Source: an uncultured virus (IMG/VR IMGVR_UViG_3300047546_000864) (Duplodnaviria > Heunggongvirae > Uroviricota > Caudoviricetes > Kyanoviridae). Taken from it: DNA of 64,000 nucleotides. The position numbers and the translations under genes were made by a program. A model generated the notes under the pieces. The model saw nothing but the letters and a program-made list of their open reading frames with translations, was not told the DNA's origin and did not search any database. The stretch lies in the IMG/VR virus record IMGVR_UViG_3300047546_000864, positions 1 to 64,000 of that record. One strand, 5' to 3'. The number at the start of each line of letters is the position of its first letter. Position 1 is the stretch's first letter. Of the stretch, positions 35,852 to 44,901 are shown in pieces.

Positions 35852-37840
35852 ATGGCTATATCTCCCTCTATCTCATTTAAAAAAATTTCTGATTCAGTGT
35901 CTTCCACAAAAAGGCAGACGAAGGAAACTAAAAATACAGCTATTAATCTATCAAAGTTACTGAATAAGAATATATCCACTAAAAGAAATCTATCATCTAA
36001 TATTAGAAGTATAAAACAAAAAAGAATTGAAAGAGAAAATAGAAATGTTTTAAGAGATCGTTTAGCAGCTCCACTCATTGCTGTTAAACCAAAAGGTCCA
36101 AGACTATTAGCAGCATCTGATAGAAGTACAAGTATTACTGATAGATTACTTGGATTTGTTGGTTATCTTTCTGCTGGATGGATATTAAGTAATCTACCAA
36201 CTTGGATTTCCTTGGGAGAACAATTTTCACAAAGAATTGTAGCGGCTGGAAGTATTCTAAGTGGATATGGAGATGAACTGGTTGAAGTTATATCTAGCAT
36301 TGGAAATGTTTTTAGTGCAGGATTGGTTAATATTTCCAAGTTTGATTTTTCTGATAGTTCATATCTTGTAAGAAGTTCTCTGAATGATTTAAAACTATCA
36401 ATTGATGAGCTTGGTGGAGGAATTAGTGATGCTTTTGCTGTTCTCATACAACCATTTAAAGAGTTAGAAAAGATTCCTGATGCTTTTGGTCAATTACCAT
36501 CAACAATACCTGGGATTCCTGGAACTCCACCATCTGCACAACCTTCAGTATCTGGTAGTAAGTTAAAACCAATTCATAAACAGGCTCTTGATATTATTTC
36601 TGGACCAGAAAGTGGAGGAGATTATAATGCAATCAATAATGGACAGTCTGGTGATAGACCAGGAGGATCAAAAAAATGGCTTGGAAAAAATCTTACTGAT
36701 ATGACCATTGGTGAAGTTAAAAATTATCAAAATGTTAAAAAAACTTTATGGGCTGCTGGAAGATATCAGATTGTACCAGGTACTTTACCTTCAGCACAAT
36801 CTGCTGCTGGATTAAAAGATACTGATATGTTTGATCAAAATAATCAAGATCTATTGGCGATTGGAATATTAAAAACTCAAGGTCCTAGTGCTTGGACGAA
36901 ATATTCAAAATATTCTAGAAAAGAGATAGAAATAATGTATAGGGCGAAGGATACTCCTCTAGGAAAGTCAACTGCTACACCAACATCTCAAACACCATCC
37001 CCCGCTCAAGTTTTATCTCAATTTGGATCGCCTGCAGCAGCACTACTTGCATTACTCACCGGTGGAGCAGCAGGACAAAGAAGATTGAGGGAGGGTGATG
37101 TCTTTACAAAGTCTCTAGGTAGAGGTGTTGATTATATTGAGGTATCGAGTCTTGTTGGAGATGGTAGAGGTCACGGAGGAATTGATATTGCAGCACCTAC
37201 TGGAACTTATATTTCCTTGAGAGTTGATTGTGAGGTTGTAGCACAAGGAACATACGGTGATTATGGTTTATTGATAGATGTTTGGGTTCCAAGTTTGGGC
37301 ATTCAATTAAGAATGGCTCACTTGAGTTCGGTAATCATCAAATCTGGAAAAATACCAGCAGGAACTTCTTTTGCAAGAGTAGGAAAGTCTGGAAGAGTTA
37401 CTGGACCACATATTCACTTAGAGTATGATACTAAAAAGGGTAGTCGTGGTGGTGGTGCTATCAATGATGATCCTAATTATGCTGCTAAGTTGGATCAATA
37501 CGTTCGCCTTCTATTCCTCACAAATAAACCAATTGGTAAAGGATTCGCACAACCCTCTCAACCATTAGTCTCAATGAGACCAGCAGGTGCAAGTATTGCT
37601 ACACAGACTGCTGCTGAGGTAGATATGGAGGGACAATCTTACTTAGCTGGTGTTCTTGAAGGCGTAAAGCAAGAGAGAACTGGTAGAAAAGTTATTGTGA
37701 TTGATGATAGACAACCAGCGACTCAGCAAGTTGTAGCAGCATCTGGTGGATCTCTTGATCTTGACCTTTCAACTGACGAATCTTTCTTGGTAAATAACTT
37801 TATGAAAAACAAATTACTCTCCGATTTAAGTTACGTCTAA
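35852..37840 (+). CDS. Hub/tape-measure-like protein with lysozyme-like and M23 peptidase domains
   Basis: ESGGDYNAIN..AAGRYQI (lysozyme-like); HGGIDI, MAHL, TGPHIHLE (M23). Confidence 0.75.
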   Translation: MAISPSISFKKISDSVSSTKRQTKETKNTAINLSKLLNKNISTKRNLSSNIRSIKQKRIERENRNVLRDRLAAPLIAVKPKGPRLLAASDRSTSITDRLLGFVGYLSAGWILSNLPTWISLGEQFSQRIVAAGSILSGYGDELVEVISSIGNVFSAGLVNISKFDFSDSSYLVRSSLNDLKLSIDELGGGISDAFAVLIQPFKELEKIPDAFGQLPSTIPGIPGTPPSAQPSVSGSKLKPIHKQALDIISGPESGGDYNAINNGQSGDRPGGSKKWLGKNLTDMTIGEVKNYQNVKKTLWAAGRYQIVPGTLPSAQSAAGLKDTDMFDQNNQDLLAIGILKTQGPSAWTKYSKYSRKEIEIMYRAKDTPLGKSTATPTSQTPSPAQVLSQFGSPAAALLALLTGGAAGQRRLREGDVFTKSLGRGVDYIEVSSLVGDGRGHGGIDIAAPTGTYISLRVDCEVVAQGTYGDYGLLIDVWVPSLGIQLRMAHLSSVIIKSGKIPAGTSFARVGKSGRVTGPHIHLEYDTKKGSRGGGAINDDPNYAAKLDQYVRLLFLTNKPIGKGFAQPSQPLVSMRPAGASIATQTAAEVDMEGQSYLAGVLEGVKQERTGRKVIVIDDRQPATQQVVAASGGSLDLDLSTDESFLVNNFMKNKLLSDLSYV

Positions 37841-39198
37841 TGTCTATTCAAAGGTCTATATTTCAACAGATAGTTATAGAATCAAACGACGGAAGTAGAG
37901 CAGTAGACATTACTTCTGGTTCAATTATGATTGATTATTATGAAGATGTATTTTCTCCAACAATTACTGCTAAAATAAGAGTTGTAAACACAGGAAATAC
38001 TGTTGCTTCTCCAGACAGTAAGGATGGTAAACTCCAATCAATATATAATGGTTTACCTTTGAGGGGTGGAGAAAGAATTGCGATCAAAATTGCAGGTAAC
38101 ACAGATAAAAACCCTGGATTAGATTTTTCAACTGATCCTAAAAATTATTTGTATGTTTCTAGCATTAGTGATGTAATTGCGGAGAACAATAAAGAAAGCT
38201 TTACATTAAATCTTGTTTCTAGAGATGCTATCTCAAATGAAACCACAAGAGTTGCAACAAAATTTGATCCCTCATTGCCTATTAATGAATCTGTAAGTCG
38301 GATTCTTACTAATGTTCTAAAGACAGACAAACCTACGACAATTGATAAAACATCAAACAAATATGGATTTATTGGTAACCTGAGAAAACCATTTACAGTT
38401 TTGACTTGGTTAGCATCTAAGAGTGTTCCTATAGTTTCAAGTGATGGTTCCACATCTGTAAATTCACAAGAAGGAACTGCAGGATTCTTCTTCTACCAAA
38501 CTGTGGATGGATTTCAATTCAGATCTATTGACTTGTTAAATCAACAGGCACCAAAAGCAACATATATCTATAGTGAAGCAACACAGTCTTATACTACTGA
38601 TGGCGCAAGAATTAACAATAACTTTAAAATTCTGAACTATAATATTGAGAGAAACCAAAATTTACTTGAAAAATTAAGATTAGGAACTTATTCTAACTAT
38701 AGAATATTCTTCAATCCACTTGATGGTACTATTACCCCACCAGATAAAGCCCATTTCAGACTAGAAAATTACATAGATAAGACAAAAACCCTAGGACAAG
38801 AACAAATTAGATTACCAAGAGTTTCTCAAAATTCTGATCAAACTCTTGGCGATCTTCCTTCTAGAATTATGACTGGAATTCTTGATGTTGGGACAATGGA
38901 TAAAGGAATTTCAACCGCAAAGAATGCAAATCCATTAGAGTACCAATCTCAAGCACTAATGAGATATAATAATCTATTTGTTCAAACCCTCAATGTAATG
39001 ATTCCATCAAATACAAATTTGAGAGCAGGTGATGTTATAGAGTGTTTATTCCCTAAAATTACACGAGATCCTGCTAGAGAATATGACATTGATCAAAGTG
39101 GTCTATATATGATTAAAGAGTTGTGTCATCATTTTGACGCTAAAAATTCATATACTTCTTTAAAACTAGTTAGAGATACATTTGGTATTAAGAAATAA
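37840..39198 (+). CDS. Baseplate hub protein (gp27-like)
   Basis: YYEDVFSPTIT, FFFYQT.DGFQFRSID, L.AGD, SGLYMI..L.H; directly before gp5. Confidence 0.65.
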   Translation: MSIQRSIFQQIVIESNDGSRAVDITSGSIMIDYYEDVFSPTITAKIRVVNTGNTVASPDSKDGKLQSIYNGLPLRGGERIAIKIAGNTDKNPGLDFSTDPKNYLYVSSISDVIAENNKESFTLNLVSRDAISNETTRVATKFDPSLPINESVSRILTNVLKTDKPTTIDKTSNKYGFIGNLRKPFTVLTWLASKSVPIVSSDGSTSVNSQEGTAGFFFYQTVDGFQFRSIDLLNQQAPKATYIYSEATQSYTTDGARINNNFKILNYNIERNQNLLEKLRLGTYSNYRIFFNPLDGTITPPDKAHFRLENYIDKTKTLGQEQIRLPRVSQNSDQTLGDLPSRIMTGILDVGTMDKGISTAKNANPLEYQSQALMRYNNLFVQTLNVMIPSNTNLRAGDVIECLFPKITRDPAREYDIDQSGLYMIKELCHHFDAKNSYTSLKLVRDTFGIKK

Positions 39199-41247
39199 AT
39201 GTTAGATCAATCATTACTACAGAGTCATTTTATAGGAAGGGATGGTTTCCGTTGGTGGATCGGACAGATTGCTCCTAAAAAAGATTGGGCAGATCAAGCA
39301 AATAAAGAAGGGTGGGGAAATAGAGTTAAGGTTAGAATTCTTGGATATCATCCATTAGATGATAAGTTATTACCAAATCAAGATTTACCTTGGGCCCAAG
39401 TATTATTAGATCCAATTGCTGGAACTGGAGCTGCTAATTATGCTATTAATCATAAGTTACAGCAAGGTGATACTGTTATTGGATTCTTTTTAGATGGTGA
39501 TAATGCACAAATACCCATTGTTATGGGAGCACTTGGAAGAACAAGTCAATATTCCACTGCGGGATATACTAATCCATTTGTTCCATTTACAGGTTATACT
39601 GATAATATTGTTAATCCAAGTTCTAGTGGTAGAAATTATCCAAATCAAACAAACGAAGCAACACCTACTGCTCAACAAAATCCAAGACAAGTTCCTCCTG
39701 AAGTTGCTAGGCGATTAGGGGAAATTGGTATTCCTGGAATTGGTGATGAGGTTGTTTTTGCCGATACTTGCGAAAATACAACTGTTAAAACAATCAAGGC
39801 AGAAGTTAATAATTTATTAAAATTTTTAAAAGATGCTCAAGGAAAGATAGATCAATACAAACAAAAAATTAAAGATACTGCTGAAGTTATTAAAACTGCT
39901 TTAAACTGGTTAGTTGGTCAGATAATTGATGCAATTTATAATTTTTTAGTTGGAACTGAAGAAAAACCAGGCATTATTCCAAGAGCTTTAAGTGCATTAT
40001 ATGTTAGTGTTTATGGAGCAACTTTTGCAGCAACACGAAATCCAGCAGCTGCCCATACTGCAGGATATAAATCAAATGAAGTCTTTGTGATTCCAATTAA
40101 AATTTTAGAGGAAGCAATCTCGTGTGTTGCGAATAAAATTGTAGAAGGATTAAAAGATTTAATTGTAGAGTTGTTAGAATCTCTTCTACAAAATGTTAAA
40201 AATTTTACAACCTGTGCCGCTGAACAATTTATTGGTGCTCTTCTTAGCACTATCGTAGATAGTGTTGCTGATGGACTATCTTCAGCTTTAGATGGTGTAT
40301 CTGGATTAATCGGTGGAGTTTTTGATGTTGTTGAATTTGTAACAAGCACCATCGATGCAATTCAAGGTTTAGGTGGATTGTTTGACTGTAATCAAACCAA
40401 TACAAAATGTGATGGAGTTAAAGAATGGAAAGTTGGAATTGGACCTAAACAAGATTTAGACGTTGATAGTGCTTTTAAAAATATTCAAACTATTGCCTCT
40501 AATATTAACGCTCTTGTTGAAAATGCAAAATCAGTTCCATCTCAGTTGCAACAAATACAAAATAGTGCTACGGGAGTAGTTAATGTTTTCAGTGGAGATT
40601 CTTTAAATGAGTCCTTACAAAGCGCCCTGGATGCTGCAGGGGCATGTTTTACTGGAACTCCAACCTCTTGTGGTCCACCTAAACTAAACATCTTTGGTGG
40701 TGGAGGAATTGGTGGAGCAGCAGTTCCTATTCTTGGAGCAGCAGTCCAGAGCACTTCAATTTATAATAACGTAACTGAAACTGCTAGTATTATAGGAGCA
40801 GTTGTTACTAACGCTGGATCTGGTTATCGTTTTCCACCATTTGTTGAAATTGTTGATGATTGTGGATTAGGATATGGTGCTAGAGCAAGAGCAACAATTA
40901 ATGATAAAGGTGAGATTAGTTCAATTTATATAACTTCTCCTGGAGAAGGATATCCATACTTACCAGAACAACAAGGTTCATATGGAGTTGTTGATGTTGT
41001 AGTTCAAACTCCAGGATTGGAGTATTCAAATGGTGATATTGCTGTGGACAACTTGGGAAATTCATATCAACTAACAGTTGATAATGGACTGATACTTTCT
41101 GCAAAACCTCTAAATACTGTAGAAGCGACTGGTATACCAGTAATTACAATTAATTCAAACACTGGATTTGGTGCAGTCCTAAAACCAATTCTTGGACCGA
41201 TTACACAAACTGGAAAAGAACAACGTCAAGTAGATTGTATTATATAA
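39199..41247 (+). CDS. gp5: Baseplate hub/spike gp5 (OB-fold N-terminus)
   Basis: FRWWIGQ, RVKVRILGYH, DLPWA, V.GFFLDG..AQ.P..MG. Confidence 0.85.
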   Translation: MLDQSLLQSHFIGRDGFRWWIGQIAPKKDWADQANKEGWGNRVKVRILGYHPLDDKLLPNQDLPWAQVLLDPIAGTGAANYAINHKLQQGDTVIGFFLDGDNAQIPIVMGALGRTSQYSTAGYTNPFVPFTGYTDNIVNPSSSGRNYPNQTNEATPTAQQNPRQVPPEVARRLGEIGIPGIGDEVVFADTCENTTVKTIKAEVNNLLKFLKDAQGKIDQYKQKIKDTAEVIKTALNWLVGQIIDAIYNFLVGTEEKPGIIPRALSALYVSVYGATFAATRNPAAAHTAGYKSNEVFVIPIKILEEAISCVANKIVEGLKDLIVELLESLLQNVKNFTTCAAEQFIGALLSTIVDSVADGLSSALDGVSGLIGGVFDVVEFVTSTIDAIQGLGGLFDCNQTNTKCDGVKEWKVGIGPKQDLDVDSAFKNIQTIASNINALVENAKSVPSQLQQIQNSATGVVNVFSGDSLNESLQSALDAAGACFTGTPTSCGPPKLNIFGGGGIGGAAVPILGAAVQSTSIYNNVTETASIIGAVVTNAGSGYRFPPFVEIVDDCGLGYGARARATINDKGEISSIYITSPGEGYPYLPEQQGSYGVVDVVVQTPGLEYSNGDIAVDNLGNSYQLTVDNGLILSAKPLNTVEATGIPVITINSNTGFGAVLKPILGPITQTGKEQRQVDCII

Positions 41248-41248
41248 G

Positions 41249-41815
41249 ATGACTCACAGAAATTACGAAGCAAGAGATTACATCAGTGTTGGTCCAAAAT
41301 TTAGAATTACCACAAACGATCCTATGATTGGAGCGGATGGATCATCAGTATATAACATGTATGCTTATACAAATGATAATGATATTCATCTACAAACTTT
41401 TAATGAATCTGGTGCCTACAAAATAATTAATAGTAAAGGTATTGAAATTGTTGCAGGTCAAAATGGATCTGAAGGTGATGTAGATATATGTATTACCGGA
41501 AAAGGCGGAGACATTTGTATTACTGCTACATCTAATGGAACAGTGAAGATCAAAGGAAAAACAATTATGATTGAAGCTTTAGAAGATCTAGATCTTAAAG
41601 CAGGTAGAAATATCAATGCAATATCTGGATCTGGTAGAATCATTATGAAAGCAAATAAAATAGATCAGGTTGCTCTTACTGGTAATGCAATTCTTAATAC
41701 ATTTGGTAAGAGAGCATTTGCACTTTCACCTGTTGGAAATGAATACATTGATGATGTATTTCTTGGTGGGTTTAATGTCTTTGGTGCAATTAGTAGTATT
41801 GTAGGAGTAGCTTAA
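41249..41815 (+). CDS. gp5 C-terminal-like beta-helix spike protein
   Basis: Short beta-repeat pattern (I.I.A..G.V.I.GK.I.I.A) directly after gp5. Confidence 0.5.
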   Translation: MTHRNYEARDYISVGPKFRITTNDPMIGADGSSVYNMYAYTNDNDIHLQTFNESGAYKIINSKGIEIVAGQNGSEGDVDICITGKGGDICITATSNGTVKIKGKTIMIEALEDLDLKAGRNINAISGSGRIIMKANKIDQVALTGNAILNTFGKRAFALSPVGNEYIDDVFLGGFNVFGAISSIVGVA

Positions 41816-42486
41816 TGTCTATACAATCACTATTCAGTCTTATTGGTTTCCCAACTCTTCCTGTAAAGGGTAAGGAAACGTTTTATCATGACAATAGTAC
41901 TTTTAATCAGAATGTAAAAGTCACTGGAGAGTTAGTAGCACAAAGCAATTCCTTAACTCTTGGTGAAAAAGGTATTTGTGGAAATTTATGGATGCTTAAG
42001 AATCCATTTAATCCAAAAACACCACCTAATATCATAGGAACCAGAGGAAAAATTCTTAATTTTTCTGGAGTTTATCTATTTGGAACAAGTTACATATCTG
42101 GAAGATTAACTGTTATTGGTAGAACTAATTTTTTTGGAAAGGTTAGAATTAATAATAAAGATTTAGAAGCAGAAATTGCATTAGCGAAGAGACTTCCATC
42201 ATCTGACGAAAGACTCAAAGAAAATATTCATACGATTGAAAATGCATTAGATAAAGTTTCTGCTCTTCGTGGAGTATCTTTTGACTTTAAAGAAAACAAA
42301 CAACCACAAATTGGAGTTATTGCACAAGAAGTTGAAAAAATTATACCAGAAGTTGTCGGAGAAAACCCTGATGGATACAAGGGCGTCCAATATGGAAACA
42401 TTGTTGGTCTCTTAATTGAAGCAATTAAAGAACAACAAAAACAGATTGAAGAACTGAAGGAGAAGATAAATGAAATTTCTAACTGA
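41815..42486 (+). CDS. Short fibre/spike protein with peptidase S74 chaperone domain
   Basis: SDERLKENI..IENALDKV..LRGV.F, IGVIAQEVE, YGNIVGLLIEAIKE. Confidence 0.8.
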   Translation: MSIQSLFSLIGFPTLPVKGKETFYHDNSTFNQNVKVTGELVAQSNSLTLGEKGICGNLWMLKNPFNPKTPPNIIGTRGKILNFSGVYLFGTSYISGRLTVIGRTNFFGKVRINNKDLEAEIALAKRLPSSDERLKENIHTIENALDKVSALRGVSFDFKENKQPQIGVIAQEVEKIIPEVVGENPDGYKGVQYGNIVGLLIEAIKEQQKQIEELKEKINEISN

Positions 42487-43147
42487 AGTATTAAATGAAA
42501 AATTAGTTTCAAACAATGATGCAATCTCTTTTCTTAATGAGAGTAAAAGTGAGTCTCAAGAAAATATTGATCTATTTTCATCTCCTTCCATAAATGTTGA
42601 TAGAAAGATAGTTTCTATTGCGGCATCAATTATCGCTCTTCAAACAGAAATAGTATCTCTTTCGCAGAATGCTTATGCTGTTGGATGTGGAACAACCGTT
42701 GGAGTTGCAACTGTTTTCCCTGATGTTGTGAGAGTTTATAGTGAAAATATGTCCTCTCCAACTTATAATGGTGAAGATCCTTTTGATAGTTCTAATACAC
42801 TTTTGATTTCAGCAAATGTTGGAATAGGTACGTGGCTAGTTTATACGCAAAATGATTCTACACAGACCGGAATAGGAAGTTTATATGGTGACTTGTCTAC
42901 TTGTTATGGAATACCCTGCACATCTTCAGTTTGTGTTTCACACGCATCGTCCATTACATCAAAGCAAGCACAAATTGTATCTTTGAGAAGTCAATTAACA
43001 AGTTTAGTTACTGGATCAAATCAGATTAAAACTGAAAGAAGAGAATATGAGTTTGAAAGATATGGGCAGAATTTTACAATTAAAGAACTTCAAGAAGAAA
43101 ATACAAGAATCATTGGGTCCATTGAGGTGGTCAAAAATTATCCTTAA
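42470..43147 (+). CDS. Hypothetical (probably structural) protein
   Basis: Long ORF closing the baseplate operon. Confidence 0.6.
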   Translation: MKFLTEVLNEKLVSNNDAISFLNESKSESQENIDLFSSPSINVDRKIVSIAASIIALQTEIVSLSQNAYAVGCGTTVGVATVFPDVVRVYSENMSSPTYNGEDPFDSSNTLLISANVGIGTWLVYTQNDSTQTGIGSLYGDLSTCYGIPCTSSVCVSHASSITSKQAQIVSLRSQLTSLVTGSNQIKTERREYEFERYGQNFTIKELQEENTRIIGSIEVVKNYP

Positions 43148-43153
43148 GACCCC

Positions 43154-43182
43154 TTGACGCCAGGACCCATCTACCCTATAAT
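43154..43182 (+). promoter_or_regulatory. Sigma70-type promoter
   Basis: TTGACG-N17-TATAAT. Confidence 0.8.
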
Positions 43183-43207
43183 ATGGGGGTAATCAACGGA
43201 ACACCGA

Positions 43208-43408
43208 ATGAGCACTGCACAAGAAACCGTACAAGGTATTGTGATTGACGTATGCACCCGTACCTTCCTGCTTTTGAGTGATCGAGGTAGTGAACGTCTG
43301 GTAGAGTGTGATACTGTAGACGAATTTATGAACGTTCTGGAAGTTGTTACTGCAAATCTTCAACCTGAGCAGATTGAGTATGCAGATCTTGCAATTTATG
43401 GGCAGTGA
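43208..43408 (+). CDS. Small hypothetical protein
   Basis: ORF downstream of the promoter. Confidence 0.7.
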   Translation: MSTAQETVQGIVIDVCTRTFLLLSDRGSERLVECDTVDEFMNVLEVVTANLQPEQIEYADLAIYGQ

Positions 43409-43430
43409 TGCTATAATATAAATATCGAAA

Positions 43431-43604
43431 ATGGAAATTTTCACAGTGGAAGAGTTTCAAGAGAGGTTTGATGAACTGATGGAACGAGTTGAAAATGGAG
43501 AGCGTTTAGGAATCATCAACGAAGACGGGCAGGCAGCAGTTATGATGCCCGCAGATGATGACCTCATACGAATACACACTGAGTTAAATAACGAAGCACC
43601 CTGA
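43431..43604 (+). CDS. Phd/YefM antitoxin-like small protein (57 aa)
   Basis: Read by hand: MEIFTVEEFQERFDELMERVENGERLGIINEDGQAAVMMPADD..., matching the Phd pattern. TATAAATA just upstream. Confidence 0.55.
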   Translation: MEIFTVEEFQERFDELMERVENGERLGIINEDGQAAVMMPADDDLIRIHTELNNEAP

Positions 43605-43620
43605 TACTTAGGGTTTTTAT

Positions 43621-43708
43621 GCGAGTGAGACTTGGTAGTCAGAGGAGTCTTATAAACTCTTTCCGCCAGATTAGCGGCTTTGACCTGGTTCGAATCCAGG
43701 CACTCGTA
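43621..43708 (+). tRNA. Atypical tRNA with anticodon UAU (Ile) and a long variable arm
   Basis: Acceptor GCGAGTG/CACTCGT+A; T arm CCTGG-TTCGAAT-CCAGG; anticodon arm GGAGT-CT-TAT-AA-ACTCT; extra arm CCGC-CAGATTA-GCGG; short D arm. Confidence 0.7.
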
Positions 43709-43712
43709 CCTT

Positions 43713-43785
43713 GCTCCTTTAGCAATCTGGTGAATGCAGCGAACTCATAATTCGCCTGAGGCGTGTTCGATCCACGCAAGGAGCA
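43713..43785 (+). tRNA. tRNA with anticodon CAU (Met, or lysidine Ile2)
   Basis: GCTCCTT/AAGGAGC acceptor, GCGAA-CT-CAT-AA-TTCGC, GCGTG-TTCGATC-CACGC. Confidence 0.9.
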
Positions 43786-43786
43786 C

Positions 43787-43815
43787 TTGACCATTCAGAC
43801 TCAAAGAGTTATAAT
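43787..43815 (+). promoter_or_regulatory. Sigma70-type promoter for tRNA-Leu
   Basis: TTGACC-N17-TATAAT. Confidence 0.75.
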
Positions 43816-43828
43816 GGTCTCACATCAC

Positions 43829-43910
43829 GGGGCGGTGATGAAATCGGTAAACATTCCGGTCTTAAAAACCGGTGGCGCAAGCCTTGCGGGTTCAAGTCCC
43901 GCTCGCCCTA
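43829..43910 (+). tRNA. tRNA-Leu(UAA)
   Basis: CCGGT-CT-TAA-AA-ACCGG, variable arm GGC-GCAA-GCC, GCGGG-TTCAAGT-CCCGC. Confidence 0.92.
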
Positions 43911-43943
43911 CTTAAAATAAATAAGAGATATGGGAAAATCCCT

Positions 43944-44246
43944 ATGTCTTATCGTATCGATCACGCATATTGTTGGTACAATGACGGCAGTATGATTGTG
44001 AAAATGTATTTCATCAATCACGTTCCTTTTACATTTGATGAATTACCAGAGGGACATTTATATGACCAAGATTTGTGTAGAGAAGCAGATAAAAACCGTA
44101 CATTTGATCCAGAAGACTTATATAAATCTTCGTTTTACCTTATAGATGAAGAAGCACATCCAATGTTGTTTCCAATAGAACTGGAAAATCCAGAGGATCT
44201 TCCAGATGACTTTGAACTTGAATATGGGGAAGATTTGACTTCATAA
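43944..44246 (+). CDS. Conserved cyanophage hypothetical protein
   Basis: Start moved to ATG 43944 to avoid the tRNA; YCWY..IVKMYFIN.VPFTFDE, S.YLI.EEAHP. Confidence 0.7.
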   Translation: MSYRIDHAYCWYNDGSMIVKMYFINHVPFTFDELPEGHLYDQDLCREADKNRTFDPEDLYKSSFYLIDEEAHPMLFPIELENPEDLPDDFELEYGEDLTS

Positions 44247-44339
44247 ATATTAGTGCTTAATCGTGGTTGTTTAAGCAAAGAGTAGGAGCAGAAATGCTCC
44301 TTTTCTCATATAAATATTCATAACCACGATTAAAGCAGA
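44242..44339 (+). promoter_or_regulatory. Tandem late promoters with hairpin, terminator and antisense segment upstream of an endonuclease
   Basis: CATAAATA 44242-44249; hairpin 44254-44277; AGGAGCA-GAAA-TGCTCCT-TTT terminator 44284-44304; TATAAATA 44309-44316; 44322-44333 complementary to 44257-44268. Confidence 0.8.
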
Positions 44340-44879
44340 ATGAATTATTATACTTACGCTTACTTGCGTGAAGATGGAACTCCATACTACATTGGTAAGG
44401 GAAAGGCAGGTAGAATTAACAATAAACTGCACGCAATACATCTGCCCCCAGAAGAAGATAGAAGAATATTCTTAAAGCAAAACCTTACAGACGAAGAAGC
44501 ACGAAAGCACGAGGTTTATATGATTGCCGTGCTTGGTAGAAAAGATTTAGGTACAGGTATTTTGAGAAATATGACTGATGGTGGTGAAGGATGTGCCGGT
44601 AGGGTTTTGAGTGAGGAAACTAAAAGGAAGTTAAGTGAGGCACATAAAGGCAGAAAGAAAAGTGAGGCACATAGAAAAGCATTGAGTAAAGCAGCAAAGA
44701 AAAGAAAGGCAAGTGATAAATGGAGGGAGAGTGTGAGTGCTGTTATGGTGGGTATTATGTCAAAGGAAAAGAATCCTTCTTGGGGCAAAAAATGGTGGAA
44801 TAATGGAGTAGAATGTAAGTTTTCAAAAGAGTGTCCGGGTAAAGATTATAAATTGGGAAGAATAATAAATAAAGCATAG
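44340..44879 (+). mobile_element. Free-standing GIY-YIG-like (Seg-type) homing endonuclease with NUMOD3-like repeats
   Basis: YYTYAYLREDGTPYYIGKG, HEVYMI..GRKD.GTGILRNMTDGGEG, SEETKRKLSEAHKG, KWWNNG. Confidence 0.85.
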
Positions 44880-44901
44880 AAGTAGTAATTGGTGCGGAAA
44901 A

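Noticed and set aside
43872..43943. N-terminal extension of ORF 43872-44246
   Set aside because: Overlaps tRNA-Leu. ATG 43944 is the plausible start.
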